A DNA stretch of 9,708 nt from a virus. Location of the stretch: UHGV virus genome UHGV-0797466; one strand, 5' to 3'. Positions 1 through 7,228 of the stretch are shown here, in pieces; within the stretch, counting starts at the first letter, position 1; every line of letters starts with the position of its first letter. The translations under genes and the position numbers were made by a program. Below the pieces are notes generated by a model that had not been told where the DNA came from, searched no databases, and saw only the letters and a program-made list of their open reading frames with translations.

Positions 1-13
1 GCCAGGAGGACCC

Positions 14-38
14 GTAAAAAAGCCGGATTGCTCCGGCT
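14..38 (-). terminator. Rho-independent terminator downstream of the SSB gene
   Basis: Hairpin AGCCGGA (21-27) / TCCGGCT (32-38) with a 4-nt loop; the A-run at 16-21 is a U-run on the minus-strand transcript. It lies 16 nt past the SSB stop at 54-56. The same block (about 85% identical) recurs at 8751-8775. Confidence 0.6.
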
Positions 39-53
39 TCTGTCACTCGTCGC

Positions 54-476
54 TTAAAACGGTATGTTATCCCCGTACGGATCATCATTCCCCGCCTGTT
101 GTTTTGCCCTGTTCAGCGCGTCAGTAGCCTGGCCCTGTTGACCTTTTTTGCCGCCCAGTCGCGCCGTTCGCGCACTGATTACACTGTCTGCGATAACCTG
201 CCAGCCCTGCCGCGTTTCTCCGTTCTGCCCAGTCCACTGGCTGATCTGCATGTTACCCGCCACGCTCAGGAGTTCACCCTTGCGGTGCCTTTCCAGTGCT
301 TCGGCCTGTCTGCCAAATGCCAGGACGGATAACCACATCGTCGCCGTTCCGTCATCTGCCTGGCTGCACGGAAGGGGGACCGCCATACGCGCCAGCGTCA
401 TCGGTGTGCCCTTGCTGGTCTGTTTTACCTGCGGGTCGTCCACCAGCCGCCCGTAAGCGGCTATCTGTGCTGTCAT
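54..476 (-). CDS. ssb: Single-stranded DNA-binding protein (SSB, OB-fold) of phage/plasmid type
   Basis: 140-aa ORF. The core resembles E. coli SSB as remembered (TMWLSVLAFGRQAEALERHRKGELLSVAGNMQISQWTGQNGETRQ vs [42 protein letters not shown]). It has a Gly/Gln-rich linker and an acidic tail ending DNIPF (E. coli SSB ends DDDIPF). ATG at 474-476 overlaps the upstream stop (ATGA); SD-like GGAGAGGTGG lies upstream. Confidence 0.85.
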   Translation of the reverse strand: MTAQIAAYGRLVDDPQVKQTSKGTPMTLARMAVPLPCSQADDGTATMWLSVLAFGRQAEALERHRKGELLSVAGNMQISQWTGQNGETRQGWQVIADSVISARTARLGGKKGQQGQATDALNRAKQQAGNDDPYGDNIPF

Positions 477-751
477 GATTCCACCTCTCCGGTTTTAACG
501 TTGATGGTTGTTACCTGTTCCGCTTCGGCAATCTCCCGTTCTGTCAGCGTGGCAAAGTTTGCCGCCGTCGTGGTCATGAATGCGCTTATCAGTTCGGGAT
601 GTGCTTTCGCGTATCCTTCCCCCGCGTGGCGGTCTATCGTTCTGATTGCCACCTTTAAAGCGTGCTCTGTCATGTCTAACGCGCGATATTTCGGTTCTGT
701 TCTGTCTCTGCGTTTTTTGAGTGATTTATTAAATTTCCCTGAAGTGTGCAT
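473..751 (-). CDS. Hypothetical small basic protein (92 aa) between the origin and ssb
   Basis: ATG at 749-751 preceded by SD-like GAGGGGG (762-768, about 10-nt spacer). Stop overlaps the ssb start. Lysine/arginine-rich N-terminus. No family recognised. Confidence 0.5.
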   Translation of the reverse strand: MHTSGKFNKSLKKRRDRTEPKYRALDMTEHALKVAIRTIDRHAGEGYAKAHPELISAFMTTTAANFATLTEREIAEAEQVTTINVKTGEVES

Positions 752-801
752 ATTTATTTTTACCCCCTCGTTTAAAAAGTTTTGAGTTGTGCCTCCCCTT
801 G

Positions 802-1026
802 TCTACCTTATCTACCTTAGTGGCCCTCATGCCAGTAATGGCGCGGCTTTCAGCGGGGTAGAGTGCTTTTATCCACTATCTACCCCGTGTCTACCTCCCT
901 GTCTGACTCAGGTAAAATCAGGTAGAGAGGGTAGATAGTGGGTAGACAGTAAAAAAAAGCTATCTACCTAACTTAATGCACTGAATTAAATGTATTTTTC
1001 TTTACTCAGGTAGACAGGGTAGACAG
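802..1026. repeat. Iteron field, putative replication origin
   Basis: At least 11 copies of the hexamer core TCTACC / GGTAGA in about 225 bp: TCTACC at 802, 811, 879, 890, 963; GGTAGA at 857, 921, 930, 941, 1009, 1018. Extended form GGTAGACAG appears three times. An A8 tract (951-958) and an AT-rich stretch (971-1003) are embedded. It sits directly downstream of the primase/helicase gene, as P4 ori/crr iterons sit near alpha. Confidence 0.7.
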
Positions 1027-1039
1027 CAATTACAAAAAA

Positions 1040-2794
1040 TTATAAAAACGCGTCGCACTCGTCTGTTGTTATTGCGTTAGTCTGCGTTACTCCCTTAACT
1101 TTCCGCGTAATATATTCATGTCCGTAAACTTTCGCGGCTGGCTTCATAGCCTTGCCAAAGTCATTTACGTTTAGCGGTTTGCTCCTGCCTGCGTACGCCA
1201 TAAACGCCAGATAGACGCGGTAAAGGCTGTTTCTGGTCGTGTACTTCACTGAATCGCCACCGCCGCCCATCATCAGGCCGCGTGCTTCCTCCAGAAAATT
1301 CAGGAACTGGCAAAACTCAATAACCGGATCCGTCTGTTGCTTTATTGCCAGTGCTTCATCACCGTCACGCTGTTCCAGTAGTAAAGCCCGTGCTTTCTCA
1401 GAGTCGGTAAAGTTCGCCAGCAATCGGCGGATAATGACAGGGATTTCAGCCGCAATCTTTTCCGGTAGCTCCCTGTCTTTTTCGGCCTCACTGACGATAT
1501 TGTCGAAACGGAAAATCACGCGACGACGTGCCACACCTCCGGCCCGTTCGGTGAATATCATCGGGTTGTTGTTGGTCGCCAGCACCACCGCCCTGATTAC
1601 CGCCGTAAAACGCTTTTCATATTTCGGGTTAATTTCCACGGGGTCACCGCCCGTGATTTTCTTGATGCCCGTTCCTTCGCCTGTATATTTCGGCTGGTCA
1701 GCCAGGACGATAAGACGACTCCCGACAACCTGCGCACGTCCACCAGCATCATCAAGCGATGTCATTTCAGCGCTTACCGTGTTCTGTTTCCCTGCCAGAA
1801 GGCTGGCTATGTGCGTGAATGTACTTTTACCGCTCCCGCCGTCTCCGGTGGCCTCAATAAACATCTGCCAGTCGTACCGGTTCGCCATAATCATGTACAG
1901 CGCGGCACATATACGCATCATCTTGCGCGGGTCTTTTCCGGCTGCGTGCTTAAGCCATTTATGAAAGTTTGGCGCGTTATCGCGGATGTTCTCCCCTGGT
2001 GCTGGTGGCGTGTACTCAATGCCGTTGTTCGTGGTGATCCAGTTCTCCGGCGTGTGCGGGGAAAATTCCCCCGTTTTCAGGTCAAGCGCACCATTGGCGA
2101 ACGGCAGCAAATCGCCGGACGGCTCGCCCATTGGTTCGGCAATAACTTTTAACGCTTCCACGGCGTTATTGATTACGCGCTTGCTGAAAGTGGCCCTGTG
2201 CTCTGAATAGATCGCCACCATTTCGCGGCTAAGTTCCATTGTGCTGACCGGACACCATACCCCGCCGCGCCATACGTGAACGATTTCACTTTCAGGATGT
2301 ACGCAAACGCCATCAAAGCGATCGGCAAGCAGCTGCGCGCGCTCACTGTCCGCCATCTGCGAAAGTTGCGCCTTTTGCTTTACCGGAAGCTCAATGACCA
2401 GACCATCAGAAAGATTCTGGCGCTCACGGGCCAGATATTCGCGCCAGTTCTCCACCTTCTGACCGTGCATACCATCAGGGTAAAAATTTGCATCCTGAAT
2501 ATCTGCCGCCGCCAGCTTCTGACCAATCTTTTTGGTCTCCACTAAATCCAGTTCTCCGGCCTGGTACAGCCTTACGCGCTTTTTCCCATCCGGAACAATT
2601 TTCAGCGCATCAAGTTCGGCAAGCTGATTTGGCCCAAGCCACACAGGCGGCACATTATCGCCGGATGCGGGGCCGTCCTGCTCCTGCCACTGTTTTGCAT
2701 GTGACCACGCATCACTACCCGCGAAAATAATTACCTCTGTGTCTTTGTGTTTTATTCCGCGTGGTTGTTTTTTTACGTTCGGTGCCAGTTTCAT
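1040..2794 (-). CDS. P4 alpha-like primase/helicase (phage/plasmid primase with P-loop NTPase domain)
   Basis: 584-aa ORF with Walker A motif GDGGSGKST. General resemblance to P4-family primase C-terminal / D5-type NTPase proteins. ATG at 2792-2794 overlaps the upstream stop (ATGA); SD-like CAGGGGT lies 5 nt upstream. An iteron field lies immediately downstream. Confidence 0.85.
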   Translation of the reverse strand: MKLAPNVKKQPRGIKHKDTEVIIFAGSDAWSHAKQWQEQDGPASGDNVPPVWLGPNQLAELDALKIVPDGKKRVRLYQAGELDLVETKKIGQKLAAADIQDANFYPDGMHGQKVENWREYLARERQNLSDGLVIELPVKQKAQLSQMADSERAQLLADRFDGVCVHPESEIVHVWRGGVWCPVSTMELSREMVAIYSEHRATFSKRVINNAVEALKVIAEPMGEPSGDLLPFANGALDLKTGEFSPHTPENWITTNNGIEYTPPAPGENIRDNAPNFHKWLKHAAGKDPRKMMRICAALYMIMANRYDWQMFIEATGDGGSGKSTFTHIASLLAGKQNTVSAEMTSLDDAGGRAQVVGSRLIVLADQPKYTGEGTGIKKITGGDPVEINPKYEKRFTAVIRAVVLATNNNPMIFTERAGGVARRRVIFRFDNIVSEAEKDRELPEKIAAEIPVIIRRLLANFTDSEKARALLLEQRDGDEALAIKQQTDPVIEFCQFLNFLEEARGLMMGGGGDSVKYTTRNSLYRVYLAFMAYAGRSKPLNVNDFGKAMKPAAKVYGHEYITRKVKGVTQTNAITTDECDAFL

Positions 2795-3090
2795 TTCTTA
2801 CCCCTGAATACGTTAAGCATCTTTTTTATTTCCTGAATATTGGCGCGTGCTTTCTCCCTGCTGGTGGGCACGTTACGCGGTACGGCCTGCACCAGAGAAA
2901 AATCACGATCGAACTGATAAACAGGCATCACGCAATCATATTCGTAGCCTTCACGACGGTAGGTTACGCGCCGTTCCTCCACGCCCTTAATCATTACCGT
3001 GCCGCCGTACTGGTCGCGGTAAATATCACCGCGCATGAATTTAGTGCGAGTTTTGCCACTGGCAGTTAAGCCAGAATATTTAAGTTTCAT
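2791..3090 (-). CDS. Hypothetical protein (99 aa), translationally coupled to the primase gene
   Basis: ATG at 3088-3090 with GGAGAA 8 nt upstream. Stop overlaps the primase start. No family recognised. Confidence 0.6.
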   Translation of the reverse strand: MKLKYSGLTASGKTRTKFMRGDIYRDQYGGTVMIKGVEERRVTYRREGYEYDCVMPVYQFDRDFSLVQAVPRNVPTSREKARANIQEIKKMLNVFRGKK

Positions 3091-3095
3091 TATTT

Positions 3096-3326
3096 TTATT
3101 CTCCGGTGTGGAGCGCTTTATTATTCTCGTGAATTGCCATAGCCTTATTGAGTTCATCAATAACAGGTGTCAATAATGTCTGAACAGCGGCAAACATTAA
3201 TGATGAATGATCTTCGCCACCTTCCGGCACTTCAATTAATTTAATTAACAACGCATTCATTTCGCGTGCTTTAATTAATGCGTTTTCAGAGTGGATTAAT
3301 ACTTCAAAAGGGATTTTATGCATCAC
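3096..3326 (-). CDS. Hypothetical small protein (76 aa) in the AT-rich island
   Basis: Starts ATGATG at 3321-3326 with AGGGAGA 7 nt upstream. Overlaps the upstream gene by 11 nt. Sequence is visibly AT-rich. Confidence 0.5.
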   Translation of the reverse strand: MMHKIPFEVLIHSENALIKAREMNALLIKLIEVPEGGEDHSSLMFAAVQTLLTPVIDELNKAMAIHENNKALHTGE

Positions 3327-3546
3327 AAATTTTCTCCCTTATTCTTTTAATGTCCTCATTAAGGATGTCTGTAACTTTTATCAGCGAGTTTTTGGCAATT
3401 ATTTTTATTGTTTTAAGTTTTCTTTTGTCGTGCTCCGACTGTGATTTTCTCTCCATAATCTCCACCATGTGGGTAACATCAACGAGCGCACGTATCAGTA
3501 TTTGCATTGCTTCTTCTGCTGCGTCCGGTGTGGTTTTATTGCACAT
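3316..3546 (-). CDS. Hypothetical small protein (76 aa) in the AT-rich island
   Basis: ATG at 3544-3546 with strong SD GGAGGGG 3-5 nt upstream. Overlaps the 3' end of the 89-aa ORF in another frame. Charged, probably helical. Confidence 0.5.
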   Translation of the reverse strand: MCNKTTPDAAEEAMQILIRALVDVTHMVEIMERKSQSEHDKRKLKTIKIIAKNSLIKVTDILNEDIKRIREKICDA

Positions 3547-3764
3547 GTACCCCTCCGCATTTTTTCGTTAGAAATAAGCGTTCTTCTTTCCTGTTCATCG
3601 CTCAGGAATACGCAGACCTCACCGCTAAGGCGTTTAAGTAAGCCGATGATTGCCCCTGATTCGCTGTCGGTCATCATGCCAGGGTAATCCTCTGCCAGTG
3701 CGCAAATAACTTCGATTTGGTGGGCGCGTTCTGCTGCCTGTTGTAGTGTGATTTCCTGACTCAT
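3495..3764 (-). CDS. Hypothetical protein (89 aa)
   Basis: ATG at 3762-3764 overlaps the stop of the upstream Icd-like gene (ATGA). The C-terminal about 17 aa overlap the next ORF, so the true 3' end is uncertain. Confidence 0.45.
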   Translation of the reverse strand: MSQEITLQQAAERAHQIEVICALAEDYPGMMTDSESGAIIGLLKRLSGEVCVFLSDEQERRTLISNEKMRRGTCAIKPHRTQQKKQCKY

Positions 3765-4222
3765 AAGCCTACCCCCTGACGAATACGGGCGACAAAAATC
3801 AGATGTGCGTGCGGCAGCTGTGCACGTGCTTCGCGCTCAGTGGCAGCGGTAACGGTGAATATTGCAATGCTGTCTGTCAGGCACTGCATAAAGCGCCAGA
3901 CAAAATAAGGGCGTGCGGATACAGCCATGTGAAAGGCTCCCAGATGAATTTTAAGGAGTCTCGCTACTACGCTGTCAAACATGGTGGCGAGACGTAACAG
4001 GGTTGACAGACTGGTCATCTGGAAACCAGCGAGCACAAAGGCTCCCCCGTTACGCCCCGCCATAATGCGGGTATGGGTAGGTTTACGGACACAAAAAAAC
4101 CGCTTATCGGATGTGGGCGGCTGTCCGCCAGATGTATTCAGGCTGTCAAACCCGGTCGCCATGTGGGCGACGGGGGAAGCATACAGCCCCGTGATAATTT
4201 TTTGCAAGCGGTTTTTACGCAT
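3761..4222 (-). CDS. Ash/Icd-like protein (153 aa) with C-terminal Icd-like motif
   Basis: C-terminus TEREARAQLPHAHLIFVARIRQG matches the remembered Icd-like motif (SE.EAR ... LSFAAR). ATG at 4220-4222 overlaps the upstream stop (cATGcgTAA); SD-like AGGGG lies 7 nt upstream. An internal start at 3928 (GGGAG SD) is an alternative. Confidence 0.6.
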   Translation of the reverse strand: MRKNRLQKIITGLYASPVAHMATGFDSLNTSGGQPPTSDKRFFCVRKPTHTRIMAGRNGGAFVLAGFQMTSLSTLLRLATMFDSVVARLLKIHLGAFHMAVSARPYFVWRFMQCLTDSIAIFTVTAATEREARAQLPHAHLIFVARIRQGVGL

Positions 4223-4418
4223 GATATGACCCCTGGCGAATACGGGCAGCGAATACCATCACGCAGCCAGCCGGAGATTGCTGACGCGCTTCCTGTTCGC
4301 TGGTGGCCTCGATGGTAATCACGCGCGGTTGTGCCGTGCTCAGGGCGATAAAACGCCAGATGTATTTATTCAGGTTGTACGAGTCCCGCCCTTGCGGGTG
4401 TCTGGTATAATTTCTCAT
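4215..4418 (-). CDS. Host cell division inhibitor Icd-like small protein (67 aa)
   Basis: This is the C-terminal 67 codons of the 382-aa ORF in the track; the rest is judged spurious. ATG at 4416-4418 with GAGG 5 nt upstream. C-terminus SEQEARQQSPAGCVMVFAARIRQG is paralogous to the next gene and fits the Icd-like motif. Confidence 0.6.
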   Translation of the reverse strand: MRNYTRHPQGRDSYNLNKYIWRFIALSTAQPRVITIEATSEQEARQQSPAGCVMVFAARIRQGSYHA

Positions 4419-4439
4419 AGCTACCTCGATACTTTCGCT

Positions 4440-4614
4440 ATCGTTGGTGGTTAGAAGCCCTGCATGTGTTCCAGCACTGCGGGGCTTTGCTGTACATACA
4501 CCACAATCATTAGTGTGTGTACAGATTAAATTTAAGTGCGCTACAGTGTCAAGTGTTTTATTTACACACCTTTTGGTGTAATGTATGCACACCTCAAAAT
4601 AACCGGACATTCTG
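4440..4614. promoter_or_regulatory. Divergent promoter/operator region between the leftward operon and the RHH gene
   Basis: Lies between divergent starts at 4418 (-) and 4615 (+). Imperfect 9-bp-stem hairpin AAGCCCTGC (4453-4461) / GCGGGGCTT (4478-4486). Palindromic motif TTACAC...GTGTAA / ACACC-TTTT-GGTGT at 4561-4580 and related TACATACACC at 4492-4501. Decamer AACCGGACAT at 4600-4609. Confidence 0.5.
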
Positions 4615-4920
4615 ATGGCAACAGGAAATATCAACAGCAGATCGCAAATGAAAAATATCCGCTTCCCCCATGATGTAATCGAGGAAATGGAAAATTCGAA
4701 AACGGAAGGGGAAACAATAGCCGCTTTCGTGATTACAGCCGTTCGCGGTGAGATCGCCCGCCGCCAGGCAGAAGGAAGCGGAGAAAATCCCCTGGTTTCT
4801 TCGCTCGATGCACTGGCGCAGGTGGAAAAAATCGGAGTCAAAGCAGCCGAGGAGATCGGGCAACTCATCACCGTCGCGCGTGAAGAACTCCAGCGTCGCA
4901 AGGCCAAAGAGCAGGAGTGA
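4615..4920 (+). CDS. Arc/Mnt-like ribbon-helix-helix DNA-binding protein, candidate satellite repressor
   Basis: Segment KNIRFPHDVIEEMEN aligns with the P22 Arc N-terminus as remembered (FNLRWPREVLDLVRK), followed by a helical, charged C-terminal extension. It is the only convincing plus-strand gene, divergent from the main operon, and followed by a strong terminator. Start could be M1 (4615) or M12 (4648); neither has a strong SD. Confidence 0.65.
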   Translation: MATGNINSRSQMKNIRFPHDVIEEMENSKTEGETIAAFVITAVRGEIARRQAEGSGENPLVSSLDALAQVEKIGVKAAEEIGQLITVAREELQRRKAKEQE

Positions 4921-4962
4921 CCATCACCAGCGCCGTGGTGTAAGGTATTACGGCGCATTGCT

Positions 4963-5151
4963 ATGCAGGACAACACAATGACCGATAAAGAATTGACCAA
5001 AACATTATCACCGGCACGGAAAAGACGGCGCAGAAAGATAGAGCATGAATCAGAAAGATTCGCGCCATGTGCTTTTGCCCTTGAGCAATTCCTTAAAGAG
5101 TACAGGGAAAAGCGCTCATTGCAGGTATGGCAACGAACTGAACCAGACTGA
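4963..5151 (+). CDS. Possible small basic protein (62 aa) downstream of the RHH gene
   Basis: ORF in the same frame as the RHH gene, separated from it by a single TGA (4918-4920). No convincing SD. It fills most of the gap before the terminator. Weak call. Confidence 0.3.
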   Translation: MQDNTMTDKELTKTLSPARKRRRRKIEHESERFAPCAFALEQFLKEYREKRSLQVWQRTEPD

Positions 5152-5246
5152 TTGCATTGCCCACCAGCCTGATAACGGCTATCATCCCCGTGCTTATGTT
5201 TGGGATCACACACACAAACGGCGCAGCGGGTTATCTGTTCAGAAAG

Positions 5247-5274
5247 GCGGCTCCATTTCGGGGCCGCTTTTTTT
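5247..5274 (+). terminator. Rho-independent terminator ending the rightward (RHH) transcription unit
   Basis: 8-bp stem GCGGCTCC (5247-5254) / GGGGCCGC (5260-5267) with one G-U pair, loop ATTTC, followed by T7 (5268-5274). Confidence 0.75.
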
Positions 5275-5396
5275 ATACCTGAAAAACCCCAATTTTGTTG
5301 TTTTTCAGTTTCACCAGGGCGAACGAATCCCCGCCCACGTTCTGGCGTATATTCAATCTTCATGGTTATAGCTCTGTGTTCAGATGATTGATGTGT

Positions 5397-5413
5397 GGCG
5401 GCTGCGTGCCGCC
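5397..5413 (-). other. GC-rich hairpin just 3' of alpA
   Basis: Perfect 6-bp stem GGCGGC / GCCGCC with loop TGCGT, 8 nt past the alpA stop. No U-run follows on the minus strand, so it is not a canonical terminator. Confidence 0.3.
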
Positions 5414-5420
5414 AGCGTGA

Positions 5421-5609
5421 TTAATGAACTGCCTTGCAGCTATCCTTCCAGGCCAGAACCTCGGATAAAGACCAGCCAACGGAACGACCGCCAAGTTTAC
5501 GACGTGATGGGAATTGTCCGGCCTTTTCCAGGCGGTAGCGACACGTACGGCTAAGGCCGGTTAGTTTTTCGCATTCTTTTTCACGTATAAACCGATCAGT
5601 GCTTAACAC
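5421..5609 (-). CDS. alpA: AlpA-family HTH regulator (excisionase-like)
   Basis: C-terminal part LTGLSRTCRYRLEKAGQFPSRRKLGGRSVGWSLSEVLAWK resembles the AlpA family (ITGLS...YRL...G.FP....LG.R.VGW...E...W). The track ORF (5421-5690) starts at TTG. I prefer the GTG at 5607-5609, which has a strong SD (GGGGGG, 5-nt spacer) and gives 62 aa, the usual AlpA size. Confidence 0.75.
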   Translation of the reverse strand: MLSTDRFIREKECEKLTGLSRTCRYRLEKAGQFPSRRKLGGRSVGWSLSEVLAWKDSCKAVH

Positions 5610-5760
5610 TATTGCCCCCCTTTCGTTTCTTAAAGAGTCATCAGGTGTCTTATTGTGTCGTATTGTTCCCGCTAGAGTGATGAATGGCAAATACTGAGGA
5701 TATATGATTTACAGAAAATGAAACAGTAAGAATAAAATCTTTTAAATTCATGTTAATACA

Positions 5761-5791
5761 AAGGCATAAAATATTGTTCCATGCCTTTTTT
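5761..5791. terminator. Hairpin with flanking T-run in the int-alpA intergenic region
   Basis: Stem AAGGCAT (5761-5767) / ATGCCTT (5781-5787), 13-nt loop, T6 at 5786-5791 on the plus strand. The minus-strand side is moderately U-rich. Could terminate int read-through; modest confidence. Confidence 0.35.
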
Positions 5792-5880
5792 CTCGCTCTT
5801 TAAAGAGTGATTCGCTAGTGTACAAAAAACCAGTAACACATTAAAAATCAGCTACTTATAAATCCGTACGCTTTTTCGCC

Positions 5881-5930
5881 TCTTGTTCGTAGTTGTTCCA
5901 CATTGTTGCTCATTGTTGCACGTTGTATCT
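5881..5930. repeat. Five 10-bp-phased TTGTT repeats just 3' of int
   Basis: Decamers tcTTGTTcgt, agTTGTTcca, caTTGTTgct, caTTGTTgca, cgTTGTatct begin at 5881, 5891, 5901, 5911, 5921, in exact 10-bp register. Confidence 0.5.
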
Positions 5931-5974
5931 GTTCGCATATCCAGTATGCGCATACTGAAAAAACACGAAAAAAA

Positions 5975-7204
5975 TTATTTTCTTCTGGCTACGGGTAGCG
6001 TGGTTACGTTTTCATGTGTTCCCGCCAGTATCCCTAACCGCTCCGTCCACATATCCAGCGCATTGCGTTTCGCATCCAGATAACGGGAATGATTATAAAC
6101 TCGCTGCATTCCTGGCATCTGGTGGCCTGTAAGCTGCTCCACGACATGCGGATCAACGCCTAAATCGTTCAGCATGGTTGTAAAGGTGCGCCGGATGTCA
6201 TGCAGTGACCAGTGAGGGTGATTAAGCCTCCTGTGCGCTAATCTTCCATACTGCGATACGCTGGCCTCCTGTTTCACTTCCCCCAGCAATAAGCCCGTGT
6301 GCCTGTTCTGCTCCACCAGCTGCGTGACGAACGGCAGGATCGCTTCCGGTATGGGCCGGAATATTGCGACCTTCGTTTTGCTGTGCTCCTTCGGAACGGT
6401 CCATAGCATTTCCGTAAAATCCCACTCCCCGATCTCCGATAACCTCAGTTCTACCGTTCTGGCTCCGAAGACAATCAGGAGGCGGATTAACGCGACGTAG
6501 TAAGGGGAGAATATTTTTTTGTCCAGTGCCTGCAATAATTCGCCAAGTTCTTTGTTACTTAAGACACGTTCGCTTATATCCGGTTTTTTCCCAACGTCCG
6601 CCACGTTCAGATCGTCCAGAACGTTGCTGATTGCATAGCGCCGCCTACGGCAGAACTTAAGCGCCTGTTTGCACGCCTGTAGCACGAATCCGGCAGTAAC
6701 AGGCGTTCGCTTTGCCACCTGGTCAAAACAGGCCAGCCAGTGCCGTAGCTCGCATTTATCCAGCGGCATAGCACCAATCTGCTGTATTACGTGATTATTA
6801 AGTCGCCTTTTCAGGGCGATATAATCCACGCGGTTTTCCTTTACGTAATACTCAAGCCAGTAGGTGAGCGCATCGCCAACCGTTACGGGCTTTAACGCTT
6901 CCTGTACGGTGTAATTCATCTCATGACGTGGATTTTTCCCCTCAGCCAGCCATGTGCGACACTGTGCGGCTTTTTCCCTGGCTGCTTTCAGGCTCAGATC
7001 AGGATAACTTCCCAGCTTAATGCGTTCGGGTCGTGTCTCCCTTCCCGTTCCGGCCCTGTATGTGAAATACCAGGTCAATTTCCCTGATGTTAAATATTTC
7101 ACGCTCAGGTTTCCGCCATCACTATAAAACGTGTTTTTCTCCGCTGGCTTACCATGAAGTTTCCTTAGCAAGGTATCGCTCAGTTTGTTCATTGCTCTGC
7201 TCAC
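5975..7204 (-). CDS. int: Tyrosine recombinase, P4-like integrase
   Basis: 409-aa ORF. N-terminal arm-binding-like region (SDGGNLSVKYLTSGKLTWYFTYR ... KLGSYPDLSLKAAREKAAQ) resembles P4-family integrases. C-terminal catalytic region contains HDIRRT and a Tyr near the end (RVYNHSRYL). GTG at 7202-7204 with SD GAGGGGG 6 nt upstream; an in-frame ATG at 7192 is an alternative. Confidence 0.9.
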   Translation of the reverse strand: MSRAMNKLSDTLLRKLHGKPAEKNTFYSDGGNLSVKYLTSGKLTWYFTYRAGTGRETRPERIKLGSYPDLSLKAAREKAAQCRTWLAEGKNPRHEMNYTVQEALKPVTVGDALTYWLEYYVKENRVDYIALKRRLNNHVIQQIGAMPLDKCELRHWLACFDQVAKRTPVTAGFVLQACKQALKFCRRRRYAISNVLDDLNVADVGKKPDISERVLSNKELGELLQALDKKIFSPYYVALIRLLIVFGARTVELRLSEIGEWDFTEMLWTVPKEHSKTKVAIFRPIPEAILPFVTQLVEQNRHTGLLLGEVKQEASVSQYGRLAHRRLNHPHWSLHDIRRTFTTMLNDLGVDPHVVEQLTGHQMPGMQRVYNHSRYLDAKRNALDMWTERLGILAGTHENVTTLPVARRK

Positions 7205-7228
7205 GTTTTACCCCCTCTTTACGAAAAA

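Noticed and set aside
99-478. Plus-strand ORFs overlapping ssb (99-332, 148-456, 296-478)
   Set aside because: Antisense to a clearly recognisable SSB; translations are Pro/Ser/Cys-rich and non-protein-like.
1239-2730. Plus-strand ORFs inside the primase/helicase gene (1239-1964, 1811-2152, 1986-2210, 2276-2545, 2488-2730)
   Set aside because: Antisense shadow ORFs within a well-supported 584-aa gene, with low-complexity translations and no ribosome-binding sites noted.
3278-3571. Hydrophobic 97-aa plus-strand ORF in the AT-rich island (possible membrane protein)
   Set aside because: It is antisense to two coupled minus-strand genes that have good SD sequences. The hydrophobicity is what an AT-rich antisense frame would produce. 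Cannot be fully excluded without expression data.
4615-5151. Toxin-antitoxin reading of the RHH gene plus the 62-aa ORF
   Set aside because: The downstream ORF has no resemblance to known toxin folds I can recognise and lacks a convincing SD. The RHH gene's divergent position fits a repressor better.
4215-5363. 382-aa minus-strand ORF
   Set aside because: It runs antisense through the RHH gene and across the strong terminator at 5247-5274, and its translation is Cys/Arg/Ser-rich and unlike a protein. Only the C-terminal 67 codons (4215-4418), which have their own SD and the Icd-like motif, are kept.
5045-5371. 108-aa plus-strand ORF
   Set aside because: It reads through the terminator hairpin and T-run at 5247-5274 and overlaps the 62-aa ORF in another frame.
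5883-6500. Small ORFs within or overlapping int (5883-6083, 6222-6425, 6297-6500)
   Set aside because: They are embedded in the integrase gene. 5883-6083 starts inside the phased TTGTT repeat array, which is better explained as a protein-binding site.
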